A DNA stretch of 59,730 bases, counting the filler, from Stramenopiles sp. TOSAG23-6 (lineage: Eukaryota): assembly GCA_900128565.1 (NCBI GenBank). It is 12 parts of 12 records of this genome, joined end to end, with 100 filler letters (N's around TTAATTAATTAA, not from the genome) between each part and the next. Parts side by side here need not be neighbours in the genome. Positions count along the whole stretch, not along the records: positions 29,975 to 34,864 come from LT637025.1; positions 34,965 to 39,849 come from LT637026.1; positions 39,950 to 44,829 come from LT637027.1; 9 more parts are not named here. One strand, 5' to 3'. Positions 33,172 to 44,929 of this stretch are shown one piece after another; the stretch's first letter is position 1; each line of letters starts with the position of its first letter. A program made the position numbers and the translations under genes. The notes under the pieces are model-generated. The model did no database searches, was not told the origin of the DNA, and saw nothing but the letters and a program-made list of their open reading frames with translations.

Positions 33172-34810
33172 TTATTCTGAATTTGTACATTTTGAATTTT
33201 GAAGACATTTCATTGTTGACAAAAATTGTTCTGTTTTCTGAACAGCATCCTTAAAAACTTTATCTTTACAGAGAATGATCCAATGACTTATAATTAACCT
33301 ATCTAATTCTAAAATTTGCAATGTGGAAACACAATTAAAGTAACTGTTTTTATCTTCACTTTTATAAGTTGTACTCTTTTGATTAGGGTTAGGGTGTTTT
33401 TGATTAGGGTTAGGGTGTTTTTGATTAGGGTTGGGGTGTTTTTCACTATTATTTTTTCTTTGGATTTTCATTGTACAAGGTATAACATGTGATTCTATAC
33501 ATGATGGATTGTTTATTTTGAGATTATCTTGAGAATTTTTCATTATTCGAATTTTTTCTACGTCTATTGATTGAACAATTGTCGAATACAACATTTCATA
33601 GTTTTTTTGAAGCAGGTTTGTACGTATACCTCTCATATTTAACCAAACATGACAAGCTTTATTTTTTTGACCGATTCGCCATAATAGTAATGTATAATTA
33701 AATACAATTTGTTCTTTCTGTTTTTGATGTTGTATTGATTGTATAGAATTTCTTATTTCGTGTACATTTTTTGCATTAGGGTTAGGGTCATTTGGATTAG
33801 GGTTAGGGTCATTTGGATTCGTATCCACTTCAACATGAACCAAGAGAGGTTTATTATTATTATCTATAGTCAACAAAAGTTCTTCAAAAATATTAATTGC
33901 GTCGTCATATTCTTCATTGCAACATAATAATAAAGCTTTATTGTTCATTATTTGATAAAACAATTTTGGATTATTCGATGGAGACAATGTAGAAGTCTGT
34001 ATAAGTTGATTAAGAATGATAATGCCATGAGCTACTTTACCTAATGAGACTAAAGCATCGACTTTATATAATAAAACAGGAACGTGAGAAGGAATTTTCA
34101 ATAATATATCATTACACAACGTTAGAGCTTGTTCGTACTCATTTGCTTGTAAATAAGCAAAAATCAATCGAGTTGCTACATTAGTTTTAAATAGTGATGA
34201 GTTTTGTTTTTTTTGTTTTTTTTGTTTTTTTTGTTTTTTTTGTTTTTTTTGTTTTTCAATGAAATCTTCATTTTGTGTTGTTTTCTTGTTGTTTTTCGTG
34301 TTTTCAATTAAATCCATCATTTCTATATAAAATTCCGTAGCTTTTGTCCAATTGTGATGTTCTTCATGGTACTGAGTAAGTAATAAAAGAATATTAAATT
34401 TTTCTGTCAAAATAGAAAAATCTGTATTTTGTTTTTTTTGTATAGTTTTTTTTTGTTCTTTTTGTGTATGTTGAAGAATTGTTGAAAGAGGTATATATTC
34501 ATTTTCTATGGATTTCGTGTGTTTTATAATTATCATGGAATTCAGTAATTGTCTCATGTACGAAATAATTTTATAATATTCATCTGAATATGACAATTTA
34601 TCATATATATATGCAATACTATGTAAAGAATGTATATAAACTTGACATTCAATTTGTGTAATATATTTTAAACAATTTTCATGTTGTATACCATATATAT
34701 TTTTTTCAGATATTTCGTGTTTTTGAGATATTTCGTGACTAAGAAGAGTATCAATACCTTGCAATACAACACGCACGCCTTGCTCATTCATAGATAAGCC
34801 AAACATCGCC
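33172..34810 (-). CDS. TPR-repeat protein, terminal exon
   Basis: AYLQANEYEQALTLCNDIL, KALLLCCNEEYDDAINIFEELL, FNYTLLLWRIGQKNKA. Confidence 0.7.
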
Positions 34811-34864
34811 ATGTATTTTGGAAAAATATTTCAAAAAAAAAAAAAAAAATCGTTAGGTACAAAA
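34811..34864 (-). mobile_element. 3' part of family intron, ends ATAC-AT
   Basis: TTTTGTACCTAACG ... TATTTTTCCAAAATACAT; cut by contig end. Confidence 0.7.
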
Positions 34865-34964
34865 NNNNNNNNNNNNNNNNNNNNNNNNNNNNNNNNNNNN
34901 NNNNNNNNTTAATTAATTAANNNNNNNNNNNNNNNNNNNNNNNNNNNNNNNNNNNNNNNNNNNN

Positions 34965-37900
34965 AAAATCTTCGGAAAAAATTGCTTACAGATTTACAAC
35001 CAAAGATGATTCGTGGTAGCGCTGTTACTGGTTCTGGTTTCATAACACTATTGCGTTCTTATGTTAATGCGATAAATAATGGTGGGGTTCCAGTTGTTGA
35101 TTCTGCGTGGGTGTCTTTAATGCGCCGTGAGTGTGATTTAGCAATGTCAATGTCGACTGAAATTCATGAGGAAAATATAAAGAGGGCAAACTCAAATTTA
35201 CCGGTTGATGGAGTAGTATTAATGGAATTAGAGGGGAAAGATACTAATATTGTCTTGCAAGCGTTTGATCAAAGAGTAGGTACAAAGAGTGCTTTAAGTA
35301 AGGAGAAACGTATAGAATTGCAAAATACAATTTCTTCTTCGTGGAATGAAGTGAATAATTCTAATAAAAAAATCTCTGAGATAGAATGCGATTCAATCCT
35401 ACGGAGATGTTTTTCTTTGGAAATTGAAAAGAAGTTAGATACGAATGACACGAAATCTTCATTAGGAGAAGGTAAAGTAGGAGGTAAGTCAATTTTAGAA
35501 AGTAAAACAAAAGTACATTTAAATGGGGATACTATTTGGCATACGTATGATACTGCTGTCAAAAAATACATGACGAGTGCTGCTGGTCCAGCTAAGATGA
35601 AAATATTACAAAAAGTTGGCATTCAGAAGTTACGACATTTAGTTAATTCGCAAATTCGTGCTAATGTTTCAGTAGTAAGTGACTTACAGAGACAAATTCT
35701 AATAAATAAGTCTCGTATTAAAGATTATGAAATTGATATAGATGACTTTAAGAAAATGGCTGCTGTTGAAATAGAAAAGAGAGAAAGAATGGAGTCACAA
35801 TACAAATTACTCAAAACAAAAAATCGAGAAGATGACACCCGAATTAATAAATTTGTTGGCATGATTGCAGAAAAGGATAAGAAGGAAATCTCGCAGAAAA
35901 CAGAAATTTCTTTTCTTAAAAACAAAGTGAAAAAATATGAAGATATAATTGCAAAATGTAAATCAAAAACGGAAATGAATAATGATACAATTACAAAATT
36001 GAAAGCAACTGCAGAAGCGAATGATGCTAAGAGGCTAACTGAAGCAGAAAATAAAAGAATAGAAATCGAAAATTATAAGAAAGAAATTGAACTTTGGAAA
36101 GTAAAATGTGCAGAAATGGCAAAAGAGAAATCTTTGATGAAACTGAACATCAAAAAAACAAATGAAAAATGTGTACAATTAGAAAATGTTTTATCACAAA
36201 CAAAAAATACTCATAATGAAAAAAAACGACAATTAGAAAATCGATTGTTATTGTCGCGAGAAAGAATTGAAGCTTTGGAATCGAATTCTACTAGCAATGA
36301 TGATGCGTTCTTTGTAGCAGTACCAAAAACAGAACCAAAACGTCCCGCACGAAATACTGGCCCAAAGTCTTGGAAAAGGCAACAAAAGGAGAAACAACTT
36401 TCGAAGTCGATTACACCAGTGCCAACAGTAATGTCTTTGGTGAATGTTGAAGAAGATGGTTCATTTAGTGTTAATGAAGAGAGTGCCTCTATACTTTCTA
36501 AAATTAGCAAAAAAATTGCTATTGTAGTTGTGACTGGAATTTACCGATCTGGGAAATCGTTTCTAATGAACGCGTTACTAGGTGGTCATGTTGGTGGATC
36601 TAATGCATTTACTATTGGTCACTCGATAAAGTCATGTACCAAGGGTATTGTATGATTTATTTTTTTTCAAGTTTTTATATAATTGTGTTTTCGTACGAAA
36701 CTTTGTACCTAACAAATTTTACAAAAAAAATATTTTTTCACAATACTTTGGTGTTGTACGTCTCCAATAATTGTTGAAGATCAATTACGATTGCCAAAAG
36801 ATGTTTGTGTCATTCTACTAGATAGTGAAGGATTAGCTGCCGCTGGACAAGGCGAACGTGGACAAAACTATGATGATAAGATATTTACTTTAGCGATGCT
36901 TCTTGCCTCTAAAATTGTGTATAATGGAATGGGTACAATTACTGAAGCAAATATTCAACAATTAAGTTTTATTGGAAATATGTGCCGTAAAGTTGTTGAA
37001 AATAGCAAATTAGTACAATTTCCTTCATTCACGTGGGTTCTTAGAGATTTTTCATTGGCACTGCGCGATGCTTCTGGACATGATATATCTCCGACAGAAT
37101 ATATGGAAGAAACACTACGCAGTAAAGATGAAGTTGATGAAATCACAAAATCTCGTAATAAAGTTTGTGGAATGTTGAAAACGTTTTTTCCGGAAAGGGA
37201 CTGTGTCACTTTAGTACGACCTGCAGAAGATGAAAATGTATTACAAGATATTCAATCAAATTTAGATAAACTCCGTCCAGAGTTCATTGCTCAAGTCGAA
37301 AATCTTCGGAAAAAATTGCTTACAGATTTACAACCAAAGATGATTCGTGGTAGTGCTGTTACTGGTCCAGGATTCATATCACTTTTACGTTCTTATGTTA
37401 ATGCGATAAATAATGGTGCAGTACCAAGTGTACAAGGAGCATGGGAAAATGCATTACGACATCAGTGTTCCGACGCAATGGATGCAGCAACAGATTCGTT
37501 CAAGAAGGCCACTGAAGAGCTCAGTAAAGAATTTCCTGTGGATTCTGATGATTTGCCGGGTATGTTTAATACTTGTACTGTCGGATCTTTATCTTTGTTT
37601 GATCGTCGTGTTGGTACTAGAAATAAATCAACAGAAATTCATAGGAAAGAACTTATTAAAAATATGCAAGATTCTTGGAATGATTTGTTGCATCTTAATA
37701 AAAAAACGTCATTTAATGAGTGCGAAAAGATACTGAGAAAATATTTTGCAGAAGCTAAAATAGAAAACAAACTCCCTATCGAAGAATTTTGGGGGAAATA
37801 TTCAGAAGTAGTAAAAAAATATATGTCGGATGCTTTAGGTCCAGCTAAACTTGAAGTATTACAGTCTATAGGAACACAAAAACTTCAGAATATTTTTAAT

Positions 37901-39849
37901 GGACTGATGCGCGACAATAATTCAAAAGTTCGAGATATGTTTCGAAAGATCCAAAAGTCGGAAGGACATGCAGAAGAAAATCGAATTGAAGCCGAAAGAC
38001 ACCGAAAGGAAAATGAATTGCTCAGGAAAGGACACGACGAAGCTTTAGCTAAACTTGCAAATAGACACAAATCTGAGATGGATCGTCTCACAGATGAACA
38101 TCATGGTAATAGAGCAGAAGCTCTTGAGGAACTTGGAAGTGCTCATGCAGCCGATCTTTTGAAAATGGGTCGTGCAATTGCAATGAAGGCTAAAGCGCAC
38201 GATGAAGCAATGGATGAACTTGCAAATAATCACAAATCTGAGATCGATCGTATTACAAAAGAACATCATGGCAATAGAGAAGAAGCTCTTGAGGAATTAG
38301 CAAATGCTCATAAATCTGAATTGAAAAAAATGGAAAATGAAATTGAATTAAAGACGAAAGCACACGATGAAGCAATGAATGAACTTGCAAATAATCACAA
38401 ATCTGAAATTGATCGTATTACAAAAGAGCATCATGGTAATAGAGAAGAAGCTCTCGAGGAATTAGCAAATGCTCATAAAGCTGAATTGAAAAAAATGGAG
38501 AAAGAAATTGAAAAAACTCTTGGCGAGGAGTTGGACGAACTTGCAAATAATCATAAATCTGAGATGGATCGTCTCATCCTTGAACATCATGGCAATAGAG
38601 AAGAAGCTCTTGAGGAATTAGCAAATGCTCATAGAGCTGAATTGAAAAAAATGGAGAATGGAATTGAATTGAAAATCAAAGCGCACGATGAAGCAATGAA
38701 TGAACTTGCAAATAATCATAAATCTGAAATTGATCGTATTACAGAAGAACTTCATGGTAATAGAGAAGAAGCTCTCGAGGAATTAGCAACTGCTCATAGA
38801 GCTGAACTATCTCAACTTGAAAAACGATTAGCCGAGAAACATACTCTCTTTCATTCAAAGGCATTGAAAGATTTGGAAACAAATCATAAAGCTGAAGTTT
38901 TGCGAATGACGGAGGAACTTCATGGCAATAGAGAAGAAGCTCTTGAGAAATTAGCGAATGCTCATAAAGCTGAATTGAAAAAAAAGGAAAATGAAATTGA
39001 ATTAAAAACTAAAGCACACGATGAAGCAATGAATGAACTTGCAAATAATCACAAATCCGAAATTGATCGTATTACAAAAGATCATCATGGTAATAGAGAA
39101 GAAGCGATTGAGGAATTAGCAACTGCTCATAAAGCTGAATTAAAAAAAATGGAAAATGAAATTGAATTAAAGACGAAAGCGCACGATGAAGCAATGGATG
39201 AACTTGCTTACAAGCACAAATCTGAAATTGATCGAATCACAGATGAACATCATGGTAATAGAAAAGAAGCTCTCGAGGAATTAGCAAATGAGCACAAAGC
39301 TGAATTGAAAAAAATGGAAAATGAAATTGAATTAAAGACGAAAGCACACGATGAAGCAATGAATGAACTTGCAAATAATCACAAATCTGAAATTGGTCGC
39401 ATCACTGCGGAATTTGATGGTAATAGAGAAGAAGCGATTGAGGAATTAGCAAATGCTCATAAATCTGAATTGAAAAAAATGGAGAAGGAAATTGAATTAA
39501 AAACTAAAGCACACGATGAAGCAATGAATGAACTTGCAAATAATCACAAATCCGAAATTGATCGTATTACAAAAGATCATCATGGTAATAGAGAAGAAGC
39601 GATTGAGGAATTAGCAACTGCTCATAAAGCTGAATTAAAAAAAATGGAAAATGAAATTGAATTAAAGACGAAAGCGCACGATGAAGCAATGGATGAACTT
39701 GCTTACAAGCACAAATCTGAAATTGATCGAATCACAGATGAACATCATGGTAATAGAAAAGAAGCTCTCGAGGAATTAGCAAATGAGCACAAAGCTGAAT
39801 TGAAAAAAATGGAAAATGAAATTGAATTAAAGACGAAAGCACACGATGA
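34965..39849 (+). CDS. Giant guanylate-binding protein (GBP/atlastin family) with tandem GBP modules and long repeat coil (exons <34965-36649, 36749->39849)
   Basis: G1 GIYRSGKS, SCTKGI/W, G3 LLDSEG, WVLRDF; tail of an earlier GBP module at the contig start. Confidence 0.88.
36650..36748 (+). mobile_element. Family intron GT...TT, 99 nt, TT duplicated
   Basis: GGT ATT|GTATG ... TTTCGTACGAAACTTTGTACCTAAC ... CACAATACTT|TGG restores SCTKGIW. Confidence 0.85.
38030..39849 (+). repeat. 165-bp (55-aa) coding tandem repeat
   Basis: KAHDEAM.ELA.NHKSEIDRIT..HHGNREEA.EELA units recurring every 165 nt. Confidence 0.9.
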
Positions 39850-39949
39850 NNNNNNNNNNNNNNNNNNNNNNNNNNNNNNNNNNNNNNNNNNNNTTAATTA
39901 ATTAANNNNNNNNNNNNNNNNNNNNNNNNNNNNNNNNNNNNNNNNNNNN

Positions 39950-41329
39950 ACCAATACTAGTCACACTATTTGGAATTGTTATAGAATTTAATGATTTACA
40001 TCCATAGAAAGCAAACTCATGAATACTAGTTACACTATTTGGAATTGTTATAGAATTTAATGATTTACATCCAGAGAAAGCATAAATACCAATACTAGTC
40101 ACACTATTTGGAATTGTTGTAGAATATAATGATTCGCAGTCACGAAAAGCATCATTACCAATACTAGTCACACTATTTGGAATTGTTATAGAATTTAATG
40201 ATTTACATCTATGGAAAGCATTATCAACAATACTAGTCCAACTATTTGGAATTGTTATAGAATCTAATGATTCACAGCCACAAAAAGCATCATTACCAAT
40301 ACTAGTCACACTATTTGGAATTTTTATAGAATTTAGTGATTTACATCCATGAAAAGCACCATTACCAATACTAGTCACACTATTTGGAATTGTTATAGAA
40401 TTTAGTGATTCACATCCAGAGAAAGCACCACCACCAATACTAGTCACACTATTTGGAATTTTTATAGAATTTAGTGATTTACATCTATGGAAAGCATTAT
40501 CACCAATACTAGTCACACTATTTGGAATTGTTATAGAATTTAGTGATTCACATCCAGAGAAAGCACCATTACCAATACTAGTCACACTATTTGGAATTTT
40601 TATAGAATGTAATGATACAAATTTTAAAAAAGCATACTCACCAATACTAGTTACACTATTTGGAATTGTTATAGAATTCAGTGATTCACAAAGAGAGAAA
40701 GCACCATTACCAATACTAGTCACACTATTTGGAATTGTTATAGAATTTAATGAATAACATCCATGGAAAGCAAAATTACCAATACTAGTTACACTATTTG
40801 GAATTGTTATAGAATTTAATGATTTACATTGATAGAAAGCATACTCACCAATACTAGTTACACTATTTGGAATTGTTATAGACTTTAGTGATTTGCAGTC
40901 ACGAAAAGCATTCTTACCAATACTACTCACACTATTTGGAATTGTTATAGAATCTAATGATTTACATCTACAGAAAGCATAACTACCAATAATAGTCACA
41001 CTATTCGGGATTATAATTGATTTTAGTGACATGCCTATGAAGGCTTCCTTTTCAAGATAAGTCACAACTTCTGACAAAAATGATTTGATATTACGCCATA
41101 CATCATCACCTCCATCCCAATACATCTTTCTCCTGGCTTCAGCATCTCTGACAATCTGGGTCACCTTTTGTTTTTTTTTGGTGTCCTGATTGTTTGTTTC
41201 TCCACGAGAGCAGCAAAGTAGCATCCTCATTTGCAGTCTTGAATCTTCCACCACAAACGTAGTTTCAAGGTCCATCAACTTATCTTTATCAATTGGAATA
41301 CCATTTTTCAATGTAACAATTGTAGTCAT
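39950..41329 (-). CDS. BspA-like (TpLRR) leucine-rich repeat protein, 3' truncated
   Basis: About 16 23-aa units [23 protein letters not shown] (69-bp tandem repeat). Confidence 0.92.
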
Positions 41330-41715
41330 CCTTGATATTAATACAATAAATTTTGTCAGCACTCTGTATCCACTACTAAGCCGAATACAACTAGCTATAG
41401 GTACAATGTAATATTTTTAGTGTCACGAGTGACACTCCATTTAAAAAAAAACACGAAATATCCTAAATTTTGACACAGGATCGAATGACACACAAGCTTT
41501 TTAATTAATTTCAAATTTCAAAAAGTGTTTGTATATCTCAACTAGATCGATATTTCATTCAAAAGCAGGACAAACGATGACTTTATGGACAAATATCATG
41601 ATGTACATTTCATTGCTGCAATGTATGCCTCAAACTCTGTTCTCCATTTCTATAAATAGTCCCCCCCCGCCCACATAATTTAAGACCAACATCCACCTGG
41701 GGTTCAAACCTAGCT

Positions 41716-43494
41716 ATGGAGTATATATCATCACGTCTACCCCTAGGTGAACCGATAATACCAGTTTCAATTGATAGTAATGGGTTCAAAGTACCAAAGA
41801 TACAAATATTCATGGATTTACGAAACCAACTTGAAGTTCTAAAGGAACAGATAAGAAAAAAAATGTTATTGGAAGGTACTCCTTTTCAACGAAATGGCCT
41901 CCGAATTTATTTTAATCATTCTACGTTCTGGAACACAGTAGAAAAACAAACGATAAGAGAATCATTGAATAAACTTACAAATAAAAGTATGCTGACATGC
42001 ATTTGTTCGAAAAAAATACCGGGCATCTCAATGACTAAAATGTCTGATATTCTGGGGCAAACAAACTGTGAATGTGCTGATGTAAATTCAAGTAATACAA
42101 CTAGTACACAATTAAATAATACAACTAGTACACAATTAAATAATACAACTAGTACACAACTAAATAATACAACTAGTACACAACTAAATTATACTGAAGC
42201 ATACAAGCCATATACAACATCTCTTAAAGTTCTCGGACAAATCGCTGAGCAACTTGATTATAATGCTGTACAAAGTGGTGAGAAGACCCAGGTTCTTTCA
42301 GTAGCAGGAAACCTCGCAACTGCGTTTAACACAACTACAGCATCAAATAAAACGTCTGTAGTAGGAAACTTCACACCTGCATCTAACACAACAAAACCAT
42401 CAAATGAAACATTACCATTAAACACACTAAACCAAACAACGGCAGCATTGGATAAAATGACGCCAACATCAAACAACATAACGTCAGCATTGGATAAAAT
42501 AATGCCAACACTTAACAAAACAACGTCAGCATTAAGTGAAATAATTCCAACACTGAATAATACATCCTCATCACTAAATGACACATCATCATTCAATAGA
42601 ACAATGACAGCACTAAATAACACAACTTTATTCAATATGACAATGGCAGCGCTAAATGAAACCATGTCAGCCACAGCTTTATTCAATAAAACAATGTCAG
42701 CCACAGCTTTATTCAATAAAACATTGTCAACGCTGAATGAAACAGATTCTCAAACGATATCTCTTTATAATGAAACTTCGAAAGCAGCATCCATACTCAA
42801 CAAGTTATTGCCAGGAAAGGAATTGCCAATGCCTCAAGAAATTTTGAATAAAACATTATCTCAAGAAATTTTTCATAAAACATTATCAGCGCTGAATAAG
42901 ACGATACGATCTGCTAATACACTAGATGAAAAAAAATCGCAAGCCTCACTTCGTAAAACAATCTTGTCACTAGCAGCGCTTCATAAAATGGTTGATCATG
43001 ATGTACGTTTTCATTTCAATCTTGAAGTTTTTTTCGTACGAAATTTTGTACCTAACGATTCTTTTTTTAAATATTTTTTCATAATCAATGATCAATCCGT
43101 ATCAGAAAAGGATTCAAATAATTTCTCGGTTATTATGCAGTTTCCAGTTGAATATGATAAGACTGCTGTGTATACAGGCCTGTCGTCTTTTCTTCACAAC
43201 ACGTTTATTCATCGTGAAGAGAAATTACCACAAAATCAGTTCAGAAAAGAAAATGGTATTTTAAATGTCCTTGACGAAAATCCAGCAGAAAATCAAATAA
43301 AATACACCCCACAAGAAAATAATAACAATTACCTTCAGGCAACATTTCAGATTCCAGCAAATGCAAACGATACTCTAATAGAAAAGGAAAATGAAATGAA
43401 AAAGTTGGGAAACAGTGTACACTTCCCTGGAGAATTTGATAAATTTCGACCAATGATTACTGTATTAGATAAAAGGAACAGTACCAAATTTTAG
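41716..43494 (+). CDS. Thr/Asn/Ser-rich low-complexity protein (exons 41716-43002, 43090-43494); start uncertain
   Basis: Long ORF, NNTTSTQL repeats, many N-x-T/S sequons. Confidence 0.65.
   Translation: MEYISSRLPLGEPIIPVSIDSNGFKVPKIQIFMDLRNQLEVLKEQIRKKMLLEGTPFQRNGLRIYFNHSTFWNTVEKQTIRESLNKLTNKSMLTCICSKKIPGISMTKMSDILGQTNCECADVNSSNTTSTQLNNTTSTQLNNTTSTQLNNTTSTQLNYTEAYKPYTTSLKVLGQIAEQLDYNAVQSGEKTQVLSVAGNLATAFNTTTASNKTSVVGNFTPASNTTKPSNETLPLNTLNQTTAALDKMTPTSNNITSALDKIMPTLNKTTSALSEIIPTLNNTSSSLNDTSSFNRTMTALNNTTLFNMTMAALNETMSATALFNKTMSATALFNKTLSTLNETDSQTISLYNETSKAASILNKLLPGKELPMPQEILNKTLSQEIFHKTLSALNKTIRSANTLDEKKSQASLRKTILSLAALHKMVDHDVRFHFNLEVFFVRNFVPNDSFFKYFFIINDQSVSEKDSNNFSVIMQFPVEYDKTAVYTGLSSFLHNTFIHREEKLPQNQFRKENGILNVLDENPAENQIKYTPQENNNNYLQATFQIPANANDTLIEKENEMKKLGNSVHFPGEFDKFRPMITVLDKRNSTKF
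43003..43089 (+). mobile_element. Family intron GT...AT, 87 nt, AT duplicated, in frame
   Basis: GAT|GTACG ... TTTCGTACGAAATTTTGTACCTAACG ... TTTCATAATCAAT|GAT. Confidence 0.7.
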
Positions 43495-43649
43495 AAAATA
43501 TAAACTAAATTTTGAACATTTTGAAAATGCCCTTTTTTTTTGTTATTTGTTGTAATTCGCTATATTTTATTAGAAAAAATAAAACCTCACCATAAGCAAA
43601 TATTCCATGGACGATGTTTGGCCCATCTTGTATTATACAAAATACGTAA

Positions 43650-44760
43650 TTACTTGTCATAAGTACATACACCAACGCCAGAAATTGCCTTACATGATGC
43701 GTTCACGCCGCATTGTGCGTCACCAGCACGCAGAGACGATTCATCGACACTAGGAGAGCAAATCAAAGCACAATATTTCGACCCACCTGGTGCACTGAGC
43801 GCACATGTTGGAGTGGCAGTGACTCCTGATGGTGTATCCGTTGGACAAGTTGCCGAACTACATGAAGGTGCACACATGTCACCAGTAACGCCTTGAATTC
43901 GAAGAGCTTTTTCACCTGCTTGGCAACCATTAGGCATAGGATCTTCGTAATGTGGTGTCGCTTCAGTGTCATCATCAACTGGTAATATATTCGCACCAAC
44001 AAATGTGACAATTGTTGGCTTCATTGGAACAGGTTCAAGAAGAATTTTGAGAACACTTGCGATAGCTTCACCAGCAGCTTCATAGTTCTTGGCTTCAAAG
44101 GTAGTGTAAATCTCTTTACAATCTTTTGTGATTTCCTTGCGATTCTTAAATATCGCGACAGCTTCACCTTCAGCGACAATTAACCATCCTCCAGGTTTAG
44201 AAAGAGATTTCACTAATGACTTCACATCAGTTTCAAGTTTCTCCATTGCCATACCACAATTGAATGCAATCTGTCCAACATCGGCAACAACATCTGACAA
44301 CATCATAAAAGCATATTTTACAGCTGACATTCGCTTTGTCGGTTTAACTTTGAATGCCGCTTTGAAGCCATCAACTGCTTTTTTCATATCATCCCACGCA
44401 TACAATGCCTCAGTTTTGCATTCCTTGGTATTACCTCCATAGTCACCTACAAGGCCAGAAACAATTCCATCAAAAAGTTGCAGAGCATCTTCAGCATCAT
44501 CAGAAACTGAAGAAGTTAAGTTATTCACAGTGACATTTTTTTTTTCATTTGAAGACGTGAAAGATTTACCTTGAGTGAAAATTTCCATCATTGCAAGCGC
44601 ATTTTCTGGCTGATCACGAGGAACCATATGCCCAGCTTGGTACACCTGTAAAAATGTGAAGTTTTTCACATTTCTGACTTTTCCAGCTGGTTTTCCGGCG
44701 ACACTCCACAACTCATCTTGAGCTCTCGCAAATTCATCACTCCCAGACCAGGGAAGTTGT
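43650..44760 (-). CDS. Serine carboxypeptidase S10 C-terminus fused to a helical domain and a Cys-rich domain (terminal exon)
   Basis: LPWSGSDEF, NFTFLQVYQAGHMVPRDQPENALAM; HYEDP...C-rich tail. Confidence 0.85.
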
Positions 44761-44829
44761 ATATATTTTGGAAAAATATTTAAAAAAAAAAACTAAAATT
44801 TGTTAGGTACAAAATTTCGTACGAAAAAA
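44761..44829 (-). mobile_element. 3' part of family intron, ends ATAT-AT
   Basis: TTTCGTACGAAATTTTGTACCTAAC ... CCAAAATATAT; cut by contig end. Confidence 0.7.
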
Positions 44830-44929
44830 NNNNNNNNNNNNNNNNNNNNNNNNNNNNNNNNNNNNNNNNNNNNTTAATTAATTAANNNNNNNNNNNNNNN
44901 NNNNNNNNNNNNNNNNNNNNNNNNNNNNN

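Noticed and set aside
39950-41030. CRISPR-like array of conserved repeats with variable spacers
   Set aside because: 69-bp codon-phased units encoding BspA LRRs; eukaryotic context, no cas genes.
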